From Candidatus Sysuiplasma jiujiangense (GTDB lineage: Archaea; Thermoplasmatota; Thermoplasmata; Sysuiplasmatales; Sysuiplasmataceae): a stretch of DNA of 64,000 bases. Below the pieces are notes generated by a model that was not told the origin of the DNA, made no database searches, and worked only from the letters and a program-made list of their open reading frames with translations. Within the stretch, counting starts at the first letter, position 1; every line of letters begins with the position of its first letter. A program made the translations under genes and the position numbers. Below, piece by piece: positions 43,940-54,251 of this stretch. The stretch lies in NCBI GenBank assembly GCA_019721075.1, contig JAHEAD010000010.1, positions 3,400-67,399 of the forward strand, written 5' to 3'.

Positions 43940-44905
43940 ATGGAACTCTGTTTGAAGGAAATGAATGAAAGGCAGCTGATAAACTCCCTGCGGAGTATAT
44001 TCGATTCTCCCGCCCCTCCGCTGGGAATGGGAGATGACTGTTCGGTAATCGGAATCGGCGGTAGAAAACTGCTTGTGACGACCGACATGCTCTTTGAGTC
44101 CACGCACCTGAAGTACTGCGACACCTATCGCAAGAAGGGAAGAATGGCAATGTCGGCCAATCTCAGCGATATTGCCGCGATGGGAGGCAGACCGCTGTAT
44201 GCCTTTACAGGGCTTGGGCTTCCGCAGGGAATGACACCGGCTAATGCCCATTCGCTCGCACGTGGAATATCGGAGGTTGCAAGGGAGCACACCGTAAGCG
44301 TGCTTGGCGGAGACACGAAGCGTGCTCATGAACTCACCGTATCGATAACGCTCATAGGGGAAGCCGAAGGAGCACCACTCCTCAGAAGCGGTGCGAAACC
44401 CGGAGATGTTGTTGCGGTCACCGGTTTGATGGGAAGGGCAGCCTACTCGTACTCATTGAAGAGGAGCGGCATGCGATCCGTCCCGGGAATTTGTGAGGTG
44501 CGCCCCAGGATAGAGGAAGGCATTGCGCTTGCCAGGAGCGGACAGGTCCACTCGGCAACAGACATCACCGATGGTCTCGCGCTTTCACTGCATTACATAA
44601 GCGAAGCGAGCGGCACGGCCATGGAAATAGACGCCGACAGCATTCCGTTTTACAGCAGTCGCCCGCCTCCTGGAATGAGTGCATCAAAGTGGAGGGAAAT
44701 GGCATTATGCTGGGGCGGCGACTATGAGTTGCTTTTCACGGCCGACAGCGGACTGGACATCGGGAGGCTGAGAAAAGAGGGTTGCGGGGACGTTCATGTC
44801 ATTGGAAGGGTTACGGAAGGGAAGGGGGTGTACATCACTGAGGCCGGCAAAAGGAAAAGTATTCCGGCAAGAGGTTACGACAGCCTCAGGGGGAAAAGCA
44901 CCTGA
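43940..44905 (+). CDS. thiL: Thiamine-monophosphate kinase
   Basis: GDDC, VTTD, NLSDIAAMGG, GGDT, DITDGL and GGDYELLFT. Confidence 0.95.
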   Translation: MELCLKEMNERQLINSLRSIFDSPAPPLGMGDDCSVIGIGGRKLLVTTDMLFESTHLKYCDTYRKKGRMAMSANLSDIAAMGGRPLYAFTGLGLPQGMTPANAHSLARGISEVAREHTVSVLGGDTKRAHELTVSITLIGEAEGAPLLRSGAKPGDVVAVTGLMGRAAYSYSLKRSGMRSVPGICEVRPRIEEGIALARSGQVHSATDITDGLALSLHYISEASGTAMEIDADSIPFYSSRPPPGMSASKWREMALCWGGDYELLFTADSGLDIGRLRKEGCGDVHVIGRVTEGKGVYITEAGKRKSIPARGYDSLRGKST

Positions 44906-45587
44906 CGGTTCCGGCACCGCATGCGCTGAAATACTGAGGCTTTACGGAAAATGCAGCACATTCTACGGTCGTTTCGGATGGTGGCCGGCTGAAAGTCCTT
45001 TTGAAGTTTGTGTTGGTGCTGTCCTGACGCAGAACACGAGCTGGAGGAACGTAGAGAGGGCACTGGAAAACATAAGGGCCGGGATAGGGATCACGCCATA
45101 TGCCGTTGTGAGTGCAGGAACAGAAAAAATTCAGCAGCTCATACGTCCGAGCGGTTTCTACCGCCAGAAGGCGAGGACACTGATCGCATTTTCGAAATTT
45201 GCAATGGAGAATTTCGGAGGGGACATTACACGTCTGGGTAGAATGGGCGAAGATGAAGCGCGAAAGCTTCTGCTGGGTATCAGGGGCATAGGCAATGAAA
45301 CAGCAGACTCGATGCTTCTGTACGCCTGCGGTATCCCTTCATTCGTTGTTGACGCATACACACGCCGCCTTTTCCACAGAATCGGCATCGCTGATGAAAA
45401 TGCTGCTTACGACAGCATCAAGCTGGCCGTTGAAAAGTGCACAGGCAAGGAGTTCCGCGATATGCAGCAGCTTCATGCCCTGATTGTTGAACATTCGAAG
45501 AGATTCTGCAGGAAAAATCCGCTGTGCGGCGAATGTTTCTACCGCGCGGACTGCAGGCATGGAAAAATGGTCAGAGGTACACGATGA
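44796..45587 (+). CDS. HhH-GPD endonuclease III-related DNA glycosylase (start uncertain)
   Basis: GWWP, AVLTQNTSW, GFYRQKA, GIGNETAD, VDAYTRR and the C-terminal 4Fe-4S cysteine cluster. Confidence 0.9.
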   Translation: MSLEGLRKGRGCTSLRPAKGKVFRQEVTTASGGKAPDGSGTACAEILRLYGKCSTFYGRFGWWPAESPFEVCVGAVLTQNTSWRNVERALENIRAGIGITPYAVVSAGTEKIQQLIRPSGFYRQKARTLIAFSKFAMENFGGDITRLGRMGEDEARKLLLGIRGIGNETADSMLLYACGIPSFVVDAYTRRLFHRIGIADENAAYDSIKLAVEKCTGKEFRDMQQLHALIVEHSKRFCRKNPLCGECFYRADCRHGKMVRGTR

Positions 45588-46443
45588 CACTGCCTGACAG
45601 CAGCGTCAGGACCAGTCCGGCAGTGAGGAACACGATGAAGGGAATTTTCGGTGAAACCCATACAGTCTTCCAGCCGATGGATCGTATCCTGTCCAGCGTC
45701 TCCTCCTCGTCCGCACGACCGAGTCTTTTAAGCCTCACGGGTCTGCCTGACTCGTCCGGCGATTCCATCAGCCACTCCTTCTCCATATTCACCGACGCCA
45801 CATCCTTCCGGAATCCGACGAACATCCTGGGAATCGATACATCCCCGCGTGAAGCGTTCCGGAAGAAAAGGAAGACGGGAACCAGAAGAGAAAGCACGGC
45901 CGCAAGAAGCAGCACATTCAGGAAGAAAGGAAAGGTAAATGATTCGAATGACGGAGGGATTCGACCTATAACCGGAACAGGGTAGACAGGGAAAAGCAGT
46001 ACGAGGCTGACGAGTGCCTTTGCGTCGGCACCTCCCCTGATCACGTCAATATAAAACAGCAGAAGGATGAACAGTATCCAGAGCGATTCGGATGCGGCAA
46101 TGTCCACTGAAGCAACGGAGGGCAGGCTGTAGACTGAGTAGAGTGTACTGATGCCGCACAATGCGCCCGCCGCATATCTCAGCATTTTTCCGTTCCTCCG
46201 GAACAGGGTATCCCAGTCCAAAAATATGTCCGCGAACAGGAAGGCCGGGAAAAGGATGGCAAGAACAGCGGGAAAGGCATCGGATCCGTTTCCCAGCAGC
46301 ATAACGGCCGATATGACCACTCCCACCAGACCGGAAAATATCCAGAGCAAATCCGATACCTCCCTGGTTTGCAAATCCTGGCAGGAAGCGATCAGAAAGG
46401 CAGAAAGTGCCGCAGCAGCGGCCGCAATGTATGCGTCATTCAC
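45571..46443 (-). CDS. Prepilin/prearchaellin peptidase (A24, FlaK/PibD-like)
   Basis: QDLQTREV, GGADAK and VWVSPKIPF; multiple TM segments. Confidence 0.9.
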   Translation of the reverse strand: MNDAYIAAAAAALSAFLIASCQDLQTREVSDLLWIFSGLVGVVISAVMLLGNGSDAFPAVLAILFPAFLFADIFLDWDTLFRRNGKMLRYAAGALCGISTLYSVYSLPSVASVDIAASESLWILFILLLFYIDVIRGGADAKALVSLVLLFPVYPVPVIGRIPPSFESFTFPFFLNVLLLAAVLSLLVPVFLFFRNASRGDVSIPRMFVGFRKDVASVNMEKEWLMESPDESGRPVRLKRLGRADEEETLDRIRSIGWKTVWVSPKIPFIVFLTAGLVLTLLSGSVIVYL

Positions 46444-46498
46444 AATTCAGGGCAGAGCTTCCGGCGGATAGATAACACTTGCTTCAGGAATTCGAGTT

Positions 46499-47392
46499 TC
46501 AGCTTTCCGGCTCTATGATTACATGCTTCAGCTCAGTTATTTTCCCCCTGAGTTCGCTCTGGACCCTGTCTATGGCCTTCTCGAGTTCGTCTGTGTTGAG
46601 GCCGTCTGAAAAATTGATCCTGACAACCATCATAAGACTCTCGGGGCCCAGATATATTGTCTTGATGTCCCTTACAAGCTGCACAAAAGGCAGTTTCAGT
46701 ATGTCCTGTGCAATACTTGCCATTTGTGCCTTTGTAAGCCCCTTCCCTATCAGCAGTTCCCTTCCCTCCGCAGCAAGCGTGATGCCGGTAACCAGCAGAA
46801 GAAGGCCGTTTGCTATTGCTGCAATCGCGTCATATCGTGTATTGTCCTCATAAAGTGCGAGCGTTATCCCGGTAATTGCAATAACGCTCGAAACTATGCT
46901 CATTACATCCTGCAGCAGCACCGTTTTGACACCCTGGTGGTACCTTTCTATTATGCTCTTTGGGTTGTCATAATAATTCCTTATTCTGTGTATCAGATAG
47001 AGGAGGCTGAAACTGCTCACGATGATGGTAACAGCGAGTATGAGGATGCTGTAGCCGTACTCTGCGAGCGGATAAGGCACGAGAAGCCCGTAGAAGCCGT
47101 AGGCCATTACCGCCACGCCGCTCACCGAGAATGCAAACACGCCGCTGACAAAAGACCAGAAGAACCTCTCCAGACCGTATCCGAAGGGATGGAGTTCGTT
47201 CGCAGGCCTGAGAGAACTCCATACGGCAAAAAGGAGCATTCCACCACTCGCTATATCGCTGAGCTGGTAAATCGACTCTGACAAAACAGCCCTGCTGTGC
47301 CCGTAAAGGAAGACGATTATGGAGAAAACGAAAATCAATGCGTCACCGATCAGCGTCATGTAGATTGTTCTGTAGCTCTTTTCGGTTTCCAT
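46499..47392 (-). CDS. Cation diffusion facilitator transporter
   Basis: HPFGYGLERFFW, about 6 TM segments and a C-terminal dimerisation domain (IYLGP...IIEP). Confidence 0.88.
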   Translation of the reverse strand: METEKSYRTIYMTLIGDALIFVFSIIVFLYGHSRAVLSESIYQLSDIASGGMLLFAVWSSLRPANELHPFGYGLERFFWSFVSGVFAFSVSGVAVMAYGFYGLLVPYPLAEYGYSILILAVTIIVSSFSLLYLIHRIRNYYDNPKSIIERYHQGVKTVLLQDVMSIVSSVIAITGITLALYEDNTRYDAIAAIANGLLLLVTGITLAAEGRELLIGKGLTKAQMASIAQDILKLPFVQLVRDIKTIYLGPESLMMVVRINFSDGLNTDELEKAIDRVQSELRGKITELKHVIIEPES

Positions 47393-47530
47393 CTGTTCTG
47401 TTACCTGTCGAAAACAATGGGCACTGCAAATAAAAATCTATTTGATGGAACGCTGACGGTTATCAGCAGAGGGTGCAGATTTTTACAACAATTCATTTAA
47501 ATAGCTTACAAATGTTGAATTAAACAGGAA

Positions 47531-48691
47531 ATGCGAACGGTAGTGCTCTGCGTCGACAGGGATAATGACATAGGCGAAAAGGCGTCGCTCAGGGGACCCT
47601 TTGTCGGGAGGGAGAGGAACCTTGAAGCGGCAATGGCGCTCGGCATGGCTGATCCGGAGGATCCTGATTCAAACACCGTCCTTTCTGCAATCGGCATGTA
47701 TGACGAACTGCTCAGGCGCGGCCTTGATGTGCAGGTAGCGACGATCTGCGGAAGCCAGGATGTGGGATTCGAATCGGACAGGATACTGTCCGAACAGCTC
47801 GAGGAAGTCATGGATGCTGTCAAGCCGGACAGGGCAATACTCGTGAGCAACGGCGCTGAAGACGAGTATTTCTACCCGGTCATAGCCTCGCGGATAAAAA
47901 TCGATTCAGTAAAGAGAGTGTTCATAAAGCAGACGCCGACGGCGGAGGGTCTCTACTACATAATGATAAAGACGCTGAAGGATCCGAAACTCAGAAGGAA
48001 GCTGCTTTCGCCGTTCTCGGCGATACTCATCGTCTACGGTTTTTTCCTGATGTTTTCCGATCTTGTGATGCTGAGCAATACGCACAGCATCGGCTACATC
48101 TCTGGAATCGCCCCGGGCCTCATCACCTTCCTCATCGGCCTGTACATCGCATGGTACGCATATAACGTGACCGAGGGATTCCGCTCCGCATTCGGCAGGC
48201 TCTGGAAAGCGATGAAGTCTGGGAGCCAGCTGCTGCCATTTGCAATATTTTCGGGTGTTCTGATAGTCGTCGGGGTGCTCTACGCTTCTTCGACTGTAAC
48301 CCAGGCCCGAAATGTTCCTCTCCAGATACTTGCGTTCGTGTTCGTTTACAACTTCCTCTGGATAGGCGTGTTCGCGGCGCTCGTTTTTGAAACCGGGCGT
48401 TTCACAAATACATACTTCAGCAAGCGGAAGATTTCCTGGTCGTCAATAATAGTGGGCCTCATGTTCGTGGCGCTCGGCATGATACTGCAGGGCGCACTTG
48501 ACGCGATTGTTCTGCTTTACCGCCTTGGCCCTGTCAACGAGACGCTTATAGGCGTCGAAACTGTTTCGGGCATTCTGATAGCGATGTTCGGCGGCCTCCT
48601 CAATTCCACGATCCACGGGCAGGAAGAGACGGCGCTCGATTCTTCCGAAGAGAAAGAAGGCGCGGAACTCAGCACCAGGGCATTTAAATGA
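47531..48691 (+). CDS. DUF373-family membrane protein
   Basis: VLCVDRDNDIG, DPEDPDSN and GAEDE, followed by a TM region. Confidence 0.85.
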   Translation: MRTVVLCVDRDNDIGEKASLRGPFVGRERNLEAAMALGMADPEDPDSNTVLSAIGMYDELLRRGLDVQVATICGSQDVGFESDRILSEQLEEVMDAVKPDRAILVSNGAEDEYFYPVIASRIKIDSVKRVFIKQTPTAEGLYYIMIKTLKDPKLRRKLLSPFSAILIVYGFFLMFSDLVMLSNTHSIGYISGIAPGLITFLIGLYIAWYAYNVTEGFRSAFGRLWKAMKSGSQLLPFAIFSGVLIVVGVLYASSTVTQARNVPLQILAFVFVYNFLWIGVFAALVFETGRFTNTYFSKRKISWSSIIVGLMFVALGMILQGALDAIVLLYRLGPVNETLIGVETVSGILIAMFGGLLNSTIHGQEETALDSSEEKEGAELSTRAFK

Positions 48692-49413
48692 ACTGGCAGG
48701 ATTGGATGCCCGTCTACGAGGAAATTCTGGATGATTTTTCTTTCGACAGGGCCTCGGAACGCAGGGCGATCGATGCGGCCAGGCAGGCTGCGGCGCTGTA
48801 CTGTCCGGATCCGGGCGCTTCGCTGGAGCTTCTCGGGAAGCTCACGGGAAAGGAGGTGGTGGTAGCGGGAAACAGCGCAAAACTCGAAACTGACTTCAGG
48901 GCACTGAGCCGGGCAGGCATAATCGCGGGGAGGACCATCATGTCTGCGGACGGTGCTTCAACCAGACTGGAAAGGCTCGGTGTGCGTTCGGGGGTGATAG
49001 TCACAGACATGGACGGAAGCGCTGATGATGAGATACAGCAGAACGGAAGGGGAAGCATGCTGCTGCTCCATTTTCATGGAGACAATTACAGAAGAGCGCA
49101 CAGCATTGCATCAAGACTCAGAGGCCCGTGCCTGATTACAGTCCAGGGGGAACCGGGAGGCGGAACATTCAATTTCGGCGGCTTCACAGACGGCGATCGT
49201 GCCGTGCTGACGGCAGAGTCGTTAGGCGCCGGCACGGTATATCTTGCCGGTTTCGATTTCGATCATCCGAAGGAGAAGGGAAAGGCGGCTGCGCTGAAGA
49301 TAAGAAAACTGGCATGGGCAAAGAGAATTATAGATGGTGCTTCTGCAAGAGGAATGAAAATAAGGTTTGCGTCTGAATATGGCGGTACTGCGCGTGTTTA
49401 CAGTGAAAAGTGA
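48688..49413 (+). CDS. mptE: 6-hydroxymethyl-7,8-dihydropterin pyrophosphokinase (MptE/DUF115 family)
   Basis: ADGA, VTDMDG, HFHGDN, NFGGFTDGDRA and KLAWA. Confidence 0.8.
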   Translation: MNWQDWMPVYEEILDDFSFDRASERRAIDAARQAAALYCPDPGASLELLGKLTGKEVVVAGNSAKLETDFRALSRAGIIAGRTIMSADGASTRLERLGVRSGVIVTDMDGSADDEIQQNGRGSMLLLHFHGDNYRRAHSIASRLRGPCLITVQGEPGGGTFNFGGFTDGDRAVLTAESLGAGTVYLAGFDFDHPKEKGKAAALKIRKLAWAKRIIDGASARGMKIRFASEYGGTARVYSEK

Positions 49414-49509
49414 TTCGTATCCATATTTTGTGCACTGCGGCTCCGGGCCGGTTCTTGTTTCGGATGCCGGACGGAGACGCTGCCGGTCCGGATTGACGGG
49501 GTGTATGCA

Positions 49510-51072
49510 ATGAATCCGCTGTTCATCGCACTGTACGTGGCGATTGCCTATTTCCTGGTAATCATCGCGTTGTGGAAAACGGGACTTGCCTCGAAATACA
49601 ATATCAGCTTTGCCGGACCCATACTGATGCTCAGGACTGAAAGAGGGAAGAAGACACTGGACTCTGTTGCACGACCCAGGAAATTCTGGCTCTTTTACGG
49701 AGCACTCTCCCGCATCATATTCATAATCGGAATGGTGCTGATGGTTATGCTCCTTCTCTGGGAAGCGACGCTTGTATTCAGCATACCAAAACAGAGCGTT
49801 CCGGCGCCACAGACATATCTGCTGCTGCCCGGTATAAATCCGTTCGTTCCCGTGGGATACGGCATACTGGGCCTGGTTGTTGCCGTTGTATTCCATGAGC
49901 TGTCGCACGGCGTGCTTTCAAGGGCGCAGGACATAAAGGTGAAGTCGATGGGCGTCCTTCTGCTCATCCTCCCGATAGGCGCATTTGTTGAGCCGGATCA
50001 GGAGGAGCTTGAAGCTGCCTCGCCGTCCAGGCGGATAAAAGTTTTCGGCGTCGGGCCCGCAACCAATATGGTATTCGCGCTCGTCTTCCTCCTGATCCTG
50101 GTCTTCCCGCTCATGGGCACGGCGACACCCATTCACAGTGGCCTTGTGGCCGATGCGGTTTACACCGATTCGTCATCCTACGCAGCAGGCATAAGGCAGT
50201 GGGGCGAAATCATATCCTTAAACGGAACAGCACTGTCAGGCGCATCCCAGTTCTACGGCATAAACGGACTTGTGCCCGGAAAGAACTACAGCATGGAGTA
50301 CATACTGAACGGCAGATACCACAACGGGAGCGTGACGGCAGGAGTCGTTGTCACCGGCACAATAGCGGGTTCGCCGGCAAAGGCGGCGGGAGTCATGCCG
50401 GGTTCCATCATCTACAGCATGAACAACACGGTCATTTACAACTACAACCGCCTCCTCGCCACATTCCAGAATACAACACCGAATGAGACGGTGCCCTTTG
50501 TTTTCATTCAGCATAACGGAACACGGCAGAGCATGAACATCAGGCTGTCAAGCGAGGCTGCGGTCGAGGGGATAACGCCGAAGGGGAAACAGATCGGTTT
50601 CCTTGGCATCTACCTCGCCTACATGGGCATGGAAGTGACGCCGTCGGCGCTGCTTGTGGGCCTGCTGAAAAACCCGTTCTATGGCGCCAACTCCATTTCA
50701 GGGTATCTGCAGAGCGGGCTCCAGTTCCTTCTTTTTCCGTTCGAGGGATTGTCCCCTGTTCCTGCCGGGATACAGTCCCTTTTTACCGGAACAGGTGTTG
50801 CATCCCAGTGGTTCTGGATTGCCGTCAACAGCTGCTACTGGATCTTCTGGATTAATTTGTGGGTCGGCCTTTTCAACATGCTGCCCGCCATACCGCTGGA
50901 CGGCGGCTACCTGTTCAGGGATAACCTCAGGATCCTGCTGAAAAAAGTTATGGCCGGTGCAAGCGACGAAAACAGGGAAAGGGTGGCGCTGAGGGTTACA
51001 TCGCTTTTCTCCGTTCTCATATTCCTGCTCATCCTTTGGCAGATAATAGGACCGCGCCTGCTTTACATCTGA
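49510..51072 (+). CDS. Site-2 protease (M50) with PDZ-like inserts
   Basis: HELSH, GAFVEPD, GPATN and NMLPAIPLDGG. Confidence 0.94.
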   Translation: MNPLFIALYVAIAYFLVIIALWKTGLASKYNISFAGPILMLRTERGKKTLDSVARPRKFWLFYGALSRIIFIIGMVLMVMLLLWEATLVFSIPKQSVPAPQTYLLLPGINPFVPVGYGILGLVVAVVFHELSHGVLSRAQDIKVKSMGVLLLILPIGAFVEPDQEELEAASPSRRIKVFGVGPATNMVFALVFLLILVFPLMGTATPIHSGLVADAVYTDSSSYAAGIRQWGEIISLNGTALSGASQFYGINGLVPGKNYSMEYILNGRYHNGSVTAGVVVTGTIAGSPAKAAGVMPGSIIYSMNNTVIYNYNRLLATFQNTTPNETVPFVFIQHNGTRQSMNIRLSSEAAVEGITPKGKQIGFLGIYLAYMGMEVTPSALLVGLLKNPFYGANSISGYLQSGLQFLLFPFEGLSPVPAGIQSLFTGTGVASQWFWIAVNSCYWIFWINLWVGLFNMLPAIPLDGGYLFRDNLRILLKKVMAGASDENRERVALRVTSLFSVLIFLLILWQIIGPRLLYI

Positions 51073-51162
51073 CCTGATACCTCCAATGCGCAGGCAGCGC
51101 AGGAATCCGGCAGCCACTGGAAAAGTATTTGTTATCATGTCTGCATACAGAACAGGATAAAA

Positions 51163-51738
51163 TTGTTCAGCCCTGAAAAACAGCTGAAGGAGATAATAAT
51201 CGAGGAGCTCAGGAACGAGCCTGTGTCAATAAGCGCTCTCGTGAGAAAACTGAAGGCCAAGGGCATCAACATGCACCGCCTTGTCCTGACAGGATATCTA
51301 AGGGCGCTTACAGATACCGGAATGATAAGGGAGAGGGCTGTTCCTCCGTCGAAAATATACATACCGACTTCAGGAAAGGACATAACAATCTACGAAGCGG
51401 TGGCGGACGCCTGCCTGCAGAACGGCCTTGATCCGAGAACTTCGAGCGCCGTCGCCGTCTACACGCTGGAAAGGCTCTTCCACAGGCCCGTGTTCAGGAG
51501 GGAGCTCAGCGAGATGCATTTCTCTGAGACACCGGAACTCAGGCCCGCGCCCGCCATGGTGGCATCGGAGTCCAGAAGAATACTGGCAAAATCCGGCTAC
51601 AGGATACCGGAAAGCGAGCCGGCCTACATAGTTGAAGGGGATTACGACCAGGCGTTCAGAAGCGTACTGCTTTCGCTCGTCTCCACAGGCTTCAGGATAT
51701 CGCATCTTTCACTCGACACGAAGCAGCTGACACTATAG
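51163..51738 (+). CDS. Conserved archaeal hypothetical protein with an N-terminal wHTH-like region
   Basis: SISALVRKL...HRLVLTGYLRAL...PPSKIY. Confidence 0.7.
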   Translation: MFSPEKQLKEIIIEELRNEPVSISALVRKLKAKGINMHRLVLTGYLRALTDTGMIRERAVPPSKIYIPTSGKDITIYEAVADACLQNGLDPRTSSAVAVYTLERLFHRPVFRRELSEMHFSETPELRPAPAMVASESRRILAKSGYRIPESEPAYIVEGDYDQAFRSVLLSLVSTGFRISHLSLDTKQLTL

Positions 51739-51758
51739 CTGCCGGACCGGCGGAACAA

Positions 51759-52066
51759 ACCAGGCCGCCTGCATCGTCGGCCACTTCAGCAATGGTGTAC
51801 AGTGCGATTCTCGACCCCGCTTCCCGCCGAGCGTGCGTAGTCCGCGGTAAGGATGCTCCCGTCAGGGCCTGGCCTGGTGCCCGCGATCATTCCGGGAGTC
51901 ACGCCCCTCCGGGCATGTCGTCCCGGCTCCTCGCGCCCCGGCGGACGAAGCCTCACTGTCACACACTGGGCCAATGCTGTCATGGTTACGCCTCTGCAGG
52001 CTGTCACCCCCGCTATCGACGATTTCGGTGTACAAGGGCACGCCGAGCGCCCCGGTCAAGCCTGGC
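51759..52066 (-). ncRNA. Archaeal SRP RNA (7S)
   Basis: About 308 nt, with terminal pairing GCCAGGC/GCCTGG, an Alu-like 5' domain (CTTGTACACCG) and helix 8 CCAGG-CCC-UGAC-GGG-AGCA. Confidence 0.88.
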
Positions 52067-52128
52067 GTCTGAAACAAGATTGAGACAATATATAACCAAT
52101 TCGTTCCGATGCGCACGCGCAGTGGCTG

Positions 52129-52467
52129 TCAGACGCCGCCCTCGTCGGTTTTGTCCTCGAATTCCCTGGACACGCCGGAAACAAGATCCAGTCTTACGCG
52201 CAGCTTGCCGTCTTCGAAGAAGATGTATGCGTTCCTGACGACCGAGATGTAATAGTTGATTCGCTTTCCCTGCTGCGACAGCCTTCTCTCCCTGCATTCA
52301 ATCAATCCGTATTTTTCAAGCAGCTTGATCCTTCTGTAGCAAGCGGCAATGGGTATGCCGTAGACGGCCGAGAGTTCCTGGGCTGACTTGGGAACCTTCA
52401 TTATTGCGGTCATTATCTTTGCCGCATATTCGTCCGTCAGCAACTGGGAATATATGAATGGCGTCAT
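52129..52467 (-). CDS. Winged-HTH (ArsR-like) transcription regulator
   Basis: TDEYAAKIM...GIPIAACYRRIKLLEKYGLI; paralog of 38770-39114. Confidence 0.85.
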   Translation of the reverse strand: MTPFIYSQLLTDEYAAKIMTAIMKVPKSAQELSAVYGIPIAACYRRIKLLEKYGLIECRERRLSQQGKRINYYISVVRNAYIFFEDGKLRVRLDLVSGVSREFEDKTDEGGV

Positions 52468-52518
52468 CTGAATGCTGCCGCCTGATGATGCATGATGCCT
52501 CCATTATGAACTTAAATC

Positions 52519-52540
52519 TTTATTTAACTACTTAAATAAA
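52519..52540. promoter_or_regulatory. Perfect 9-bp inverted repeat upstream of the wHTH gene; candidate operator
   Basis: TTTATTTAA-CTAC-TTAAATAAA. Confidence 0.35.
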
Positions 52541-52607
52541 ACCCAACTGCCGTCTTTGAGCGGACGGCCGCGGACTGAGGGTGGGGTGCCGCCATATTTT
52601 CACCCCG

Positions 52608-54251
52608 TCAGGAAACGGGAACGAGATTCACCGGCAGGTTGTCGTCCATTGCCGGATCGGGCAGCATGCCGTAAAACTGGGTGAAAGGCTTCATACCGTA
52701 AAGAACGACTGTCCCCTCTATGTTTTCGAGTTTTATGTGCATCAGCGATATGTCGCTGAGCCACTGGAGATAGAGCCTGCTCGAGCTCAGAGCCTGCGCA
52801 ACCATGACATGCTTTCCCCTCCTGATTGCACCGACATGTTCCACCAGACCGTCAAGCAGGCCGCTGTCGTCCTCCTTTCCATACATTGATTCGAGTATGT
52901 CGAATCCGAGAAGGGAGAGGAAAGGATGGTTCGAATCAGAGAGATTGTATTCTATGGTCTCCCATTTGAGATCCGTCAGAAGCTTGTTGCCTTCCAGGGA
53001 TATCAGGTACGGAATGTCTGTGGGCGCGGCCGAGCTCTGCTCGAATATGCGCACGTTCTTTTCAAACCTGCCCTCGCCTATCATTCCCGAAATCCTGTCG
53101 TGCAGGAGGTCATAGCTTGCCTTCCTGGAGGGAATCCATGCCACGCCGTTGTTCCTGGAGGCAAAACTGGCTACCAGCGCGTCCTGAATTATGTCAGAAT
53201 AGACGGACGGCACGTTTGCGCCAACCTCGATAAGTGTGACACTGCCGTAAGGAAGGCCACCGAAAATCCTGTCGAGCTGAACTGATCCGAATGATGCTGT
53301 TTCCGTGCCCGGATTCTGTACCGACCTCCACTTTCTCTCCGGCTGCTGAATCTGGTTGGGGGAAGGAGGGAATGTTTCGAGTCTTCCGTTGACAAGCGTG
53401 AACATGTACTTGTGCCTGTCAACCTTCACTCCCCTCAGTTTTTCAAGCTGCATTATCCTTCCCCTGCGTCCGGCGAGTTCCCTTGTTGACAGTGAAACCA
53501 CACCGTCGCCAAGGTAATCCATATGCGTGCCCCCGGCCGATTCCAGAACGTAAACGACATTTGCGCCGGAACCTTCCACTATGTCCTTCTGTATCACTGT
53601 GAGTAACCTCTCGGGGGGAATGTCGTACTTCTCCCCAAGCCCGTCAATGCTGTCTATCACCACGAGGCTGCGTTCGGGGAGCCTCTCCTCAACCCTGTCA
53701 TATGCAACCTCCAGCTCAGGCAGGAGCCTGCCCAGGACAAGGTCCACGGAGCCGCTGTCGAATGAAATACGTGTGGGCGACACTTCTTCCGATGCCGAGA
53801 TTGAGCCTTCTTCGATCTGGCCCTCAAGCCTGTGCAGTTCCGTTCTGTCAACTGTGAGCTTTTCGTCCGACTCATTGAGAGCCCTGAGCAACTCGACAGC
53901 CGGCCCCAGGTCCGTCATTTCTGTCTGCTTCACCAGATCCGCTCCTTCAGGATCCACACGCTTCACGGAAGATGTCATGTGCAGGAGAAATGCCTTGCCC
54001 GCCTTCAGTAGTTTCACCTTTTCCGTTGTTTCCTTCAGCCACGGAAACTGCCTGAACAGTGATTCGTCTGAAACCCTGGAGGAAAGGTAATACTGATTTT
54101 CACTGCTTGCCATCGTCTCGATCAGCTGAAGGGCGAGCGTTGTCTTCCCGGTTCCTGCTTCCCCCTTGATTACAAGCGAATGCCCTCCTGGAGCTTCCAT
54201 GAACTTGAGAAGTTCGGGAGGAAGGGCCCCATGTCTTTCAGCGTAGTCCAT
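52608..54251 (-). CDS. GvpD-like / KaiC-family double-domain ATPase
   Basis: SLVIKGEAGTGKTT, VVIDSID, DYLGDGVV and LEKLRG; degenerate second domain LDRIFGGLPYGS. Start placed at ATG 54251. Confidence 0.85.
   Translation of the reverse strand: MDYAERHGALPPELLKFMEAPGGHSLVIKGEAGTGKTTLALQLIETMASSENQYYLSSRVSDESLFRQFPWLKETTEKVKLLKAGKAFLLHMTSSVKRVDPEGADLVKQTEMTDLGPAVELLRALNESDEKLTVDRTELHRLEGQIEEGSISASEEVSPTRISFDSGSVDLVLGRLLPELEVAYDRVEERLPERSLVVIDSIDGLGEKYDIPPERLLTVIQKDIVEGSGANVVYVLESAGGTHMDYLGDGVVSLSTRELAGRRGRIMQLEKLRGVKVDRHKYMFTLVNGRLETFPPSPNQIQQPERKWRSVQNPGTETASFGSVQLDRIFGGLPYGSVTLIEVGANVPSVYSDIIQDALVASFASRNNGVAWIPSRKASYDLLHDRISGMIGEGRFEKNVRIFEQSSAAPTDIPYLISLEGNKLLTDLKWETIEYNLSDSNHPFLSLLGFDILESMYGKEDDSGLLDGLVEHVGAIRRGKHVMVAQALSSSRLYLQWLSDISLMHIKLENIEGTVVLYGMKPFTQFYGMLPDPAMDDNLPVNLVPVS

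Noticed and set aside
51786-52297. Several Arg/Pro-rich ORFs
   Set aside because: They overlap the GC-rich SRP RNA and the wHTH gene.
52608-54251. Gas vesicle gene cluster
   Set aside because: Only a GvpD-like ATPase is present, with no gvpA-type genes in the window.
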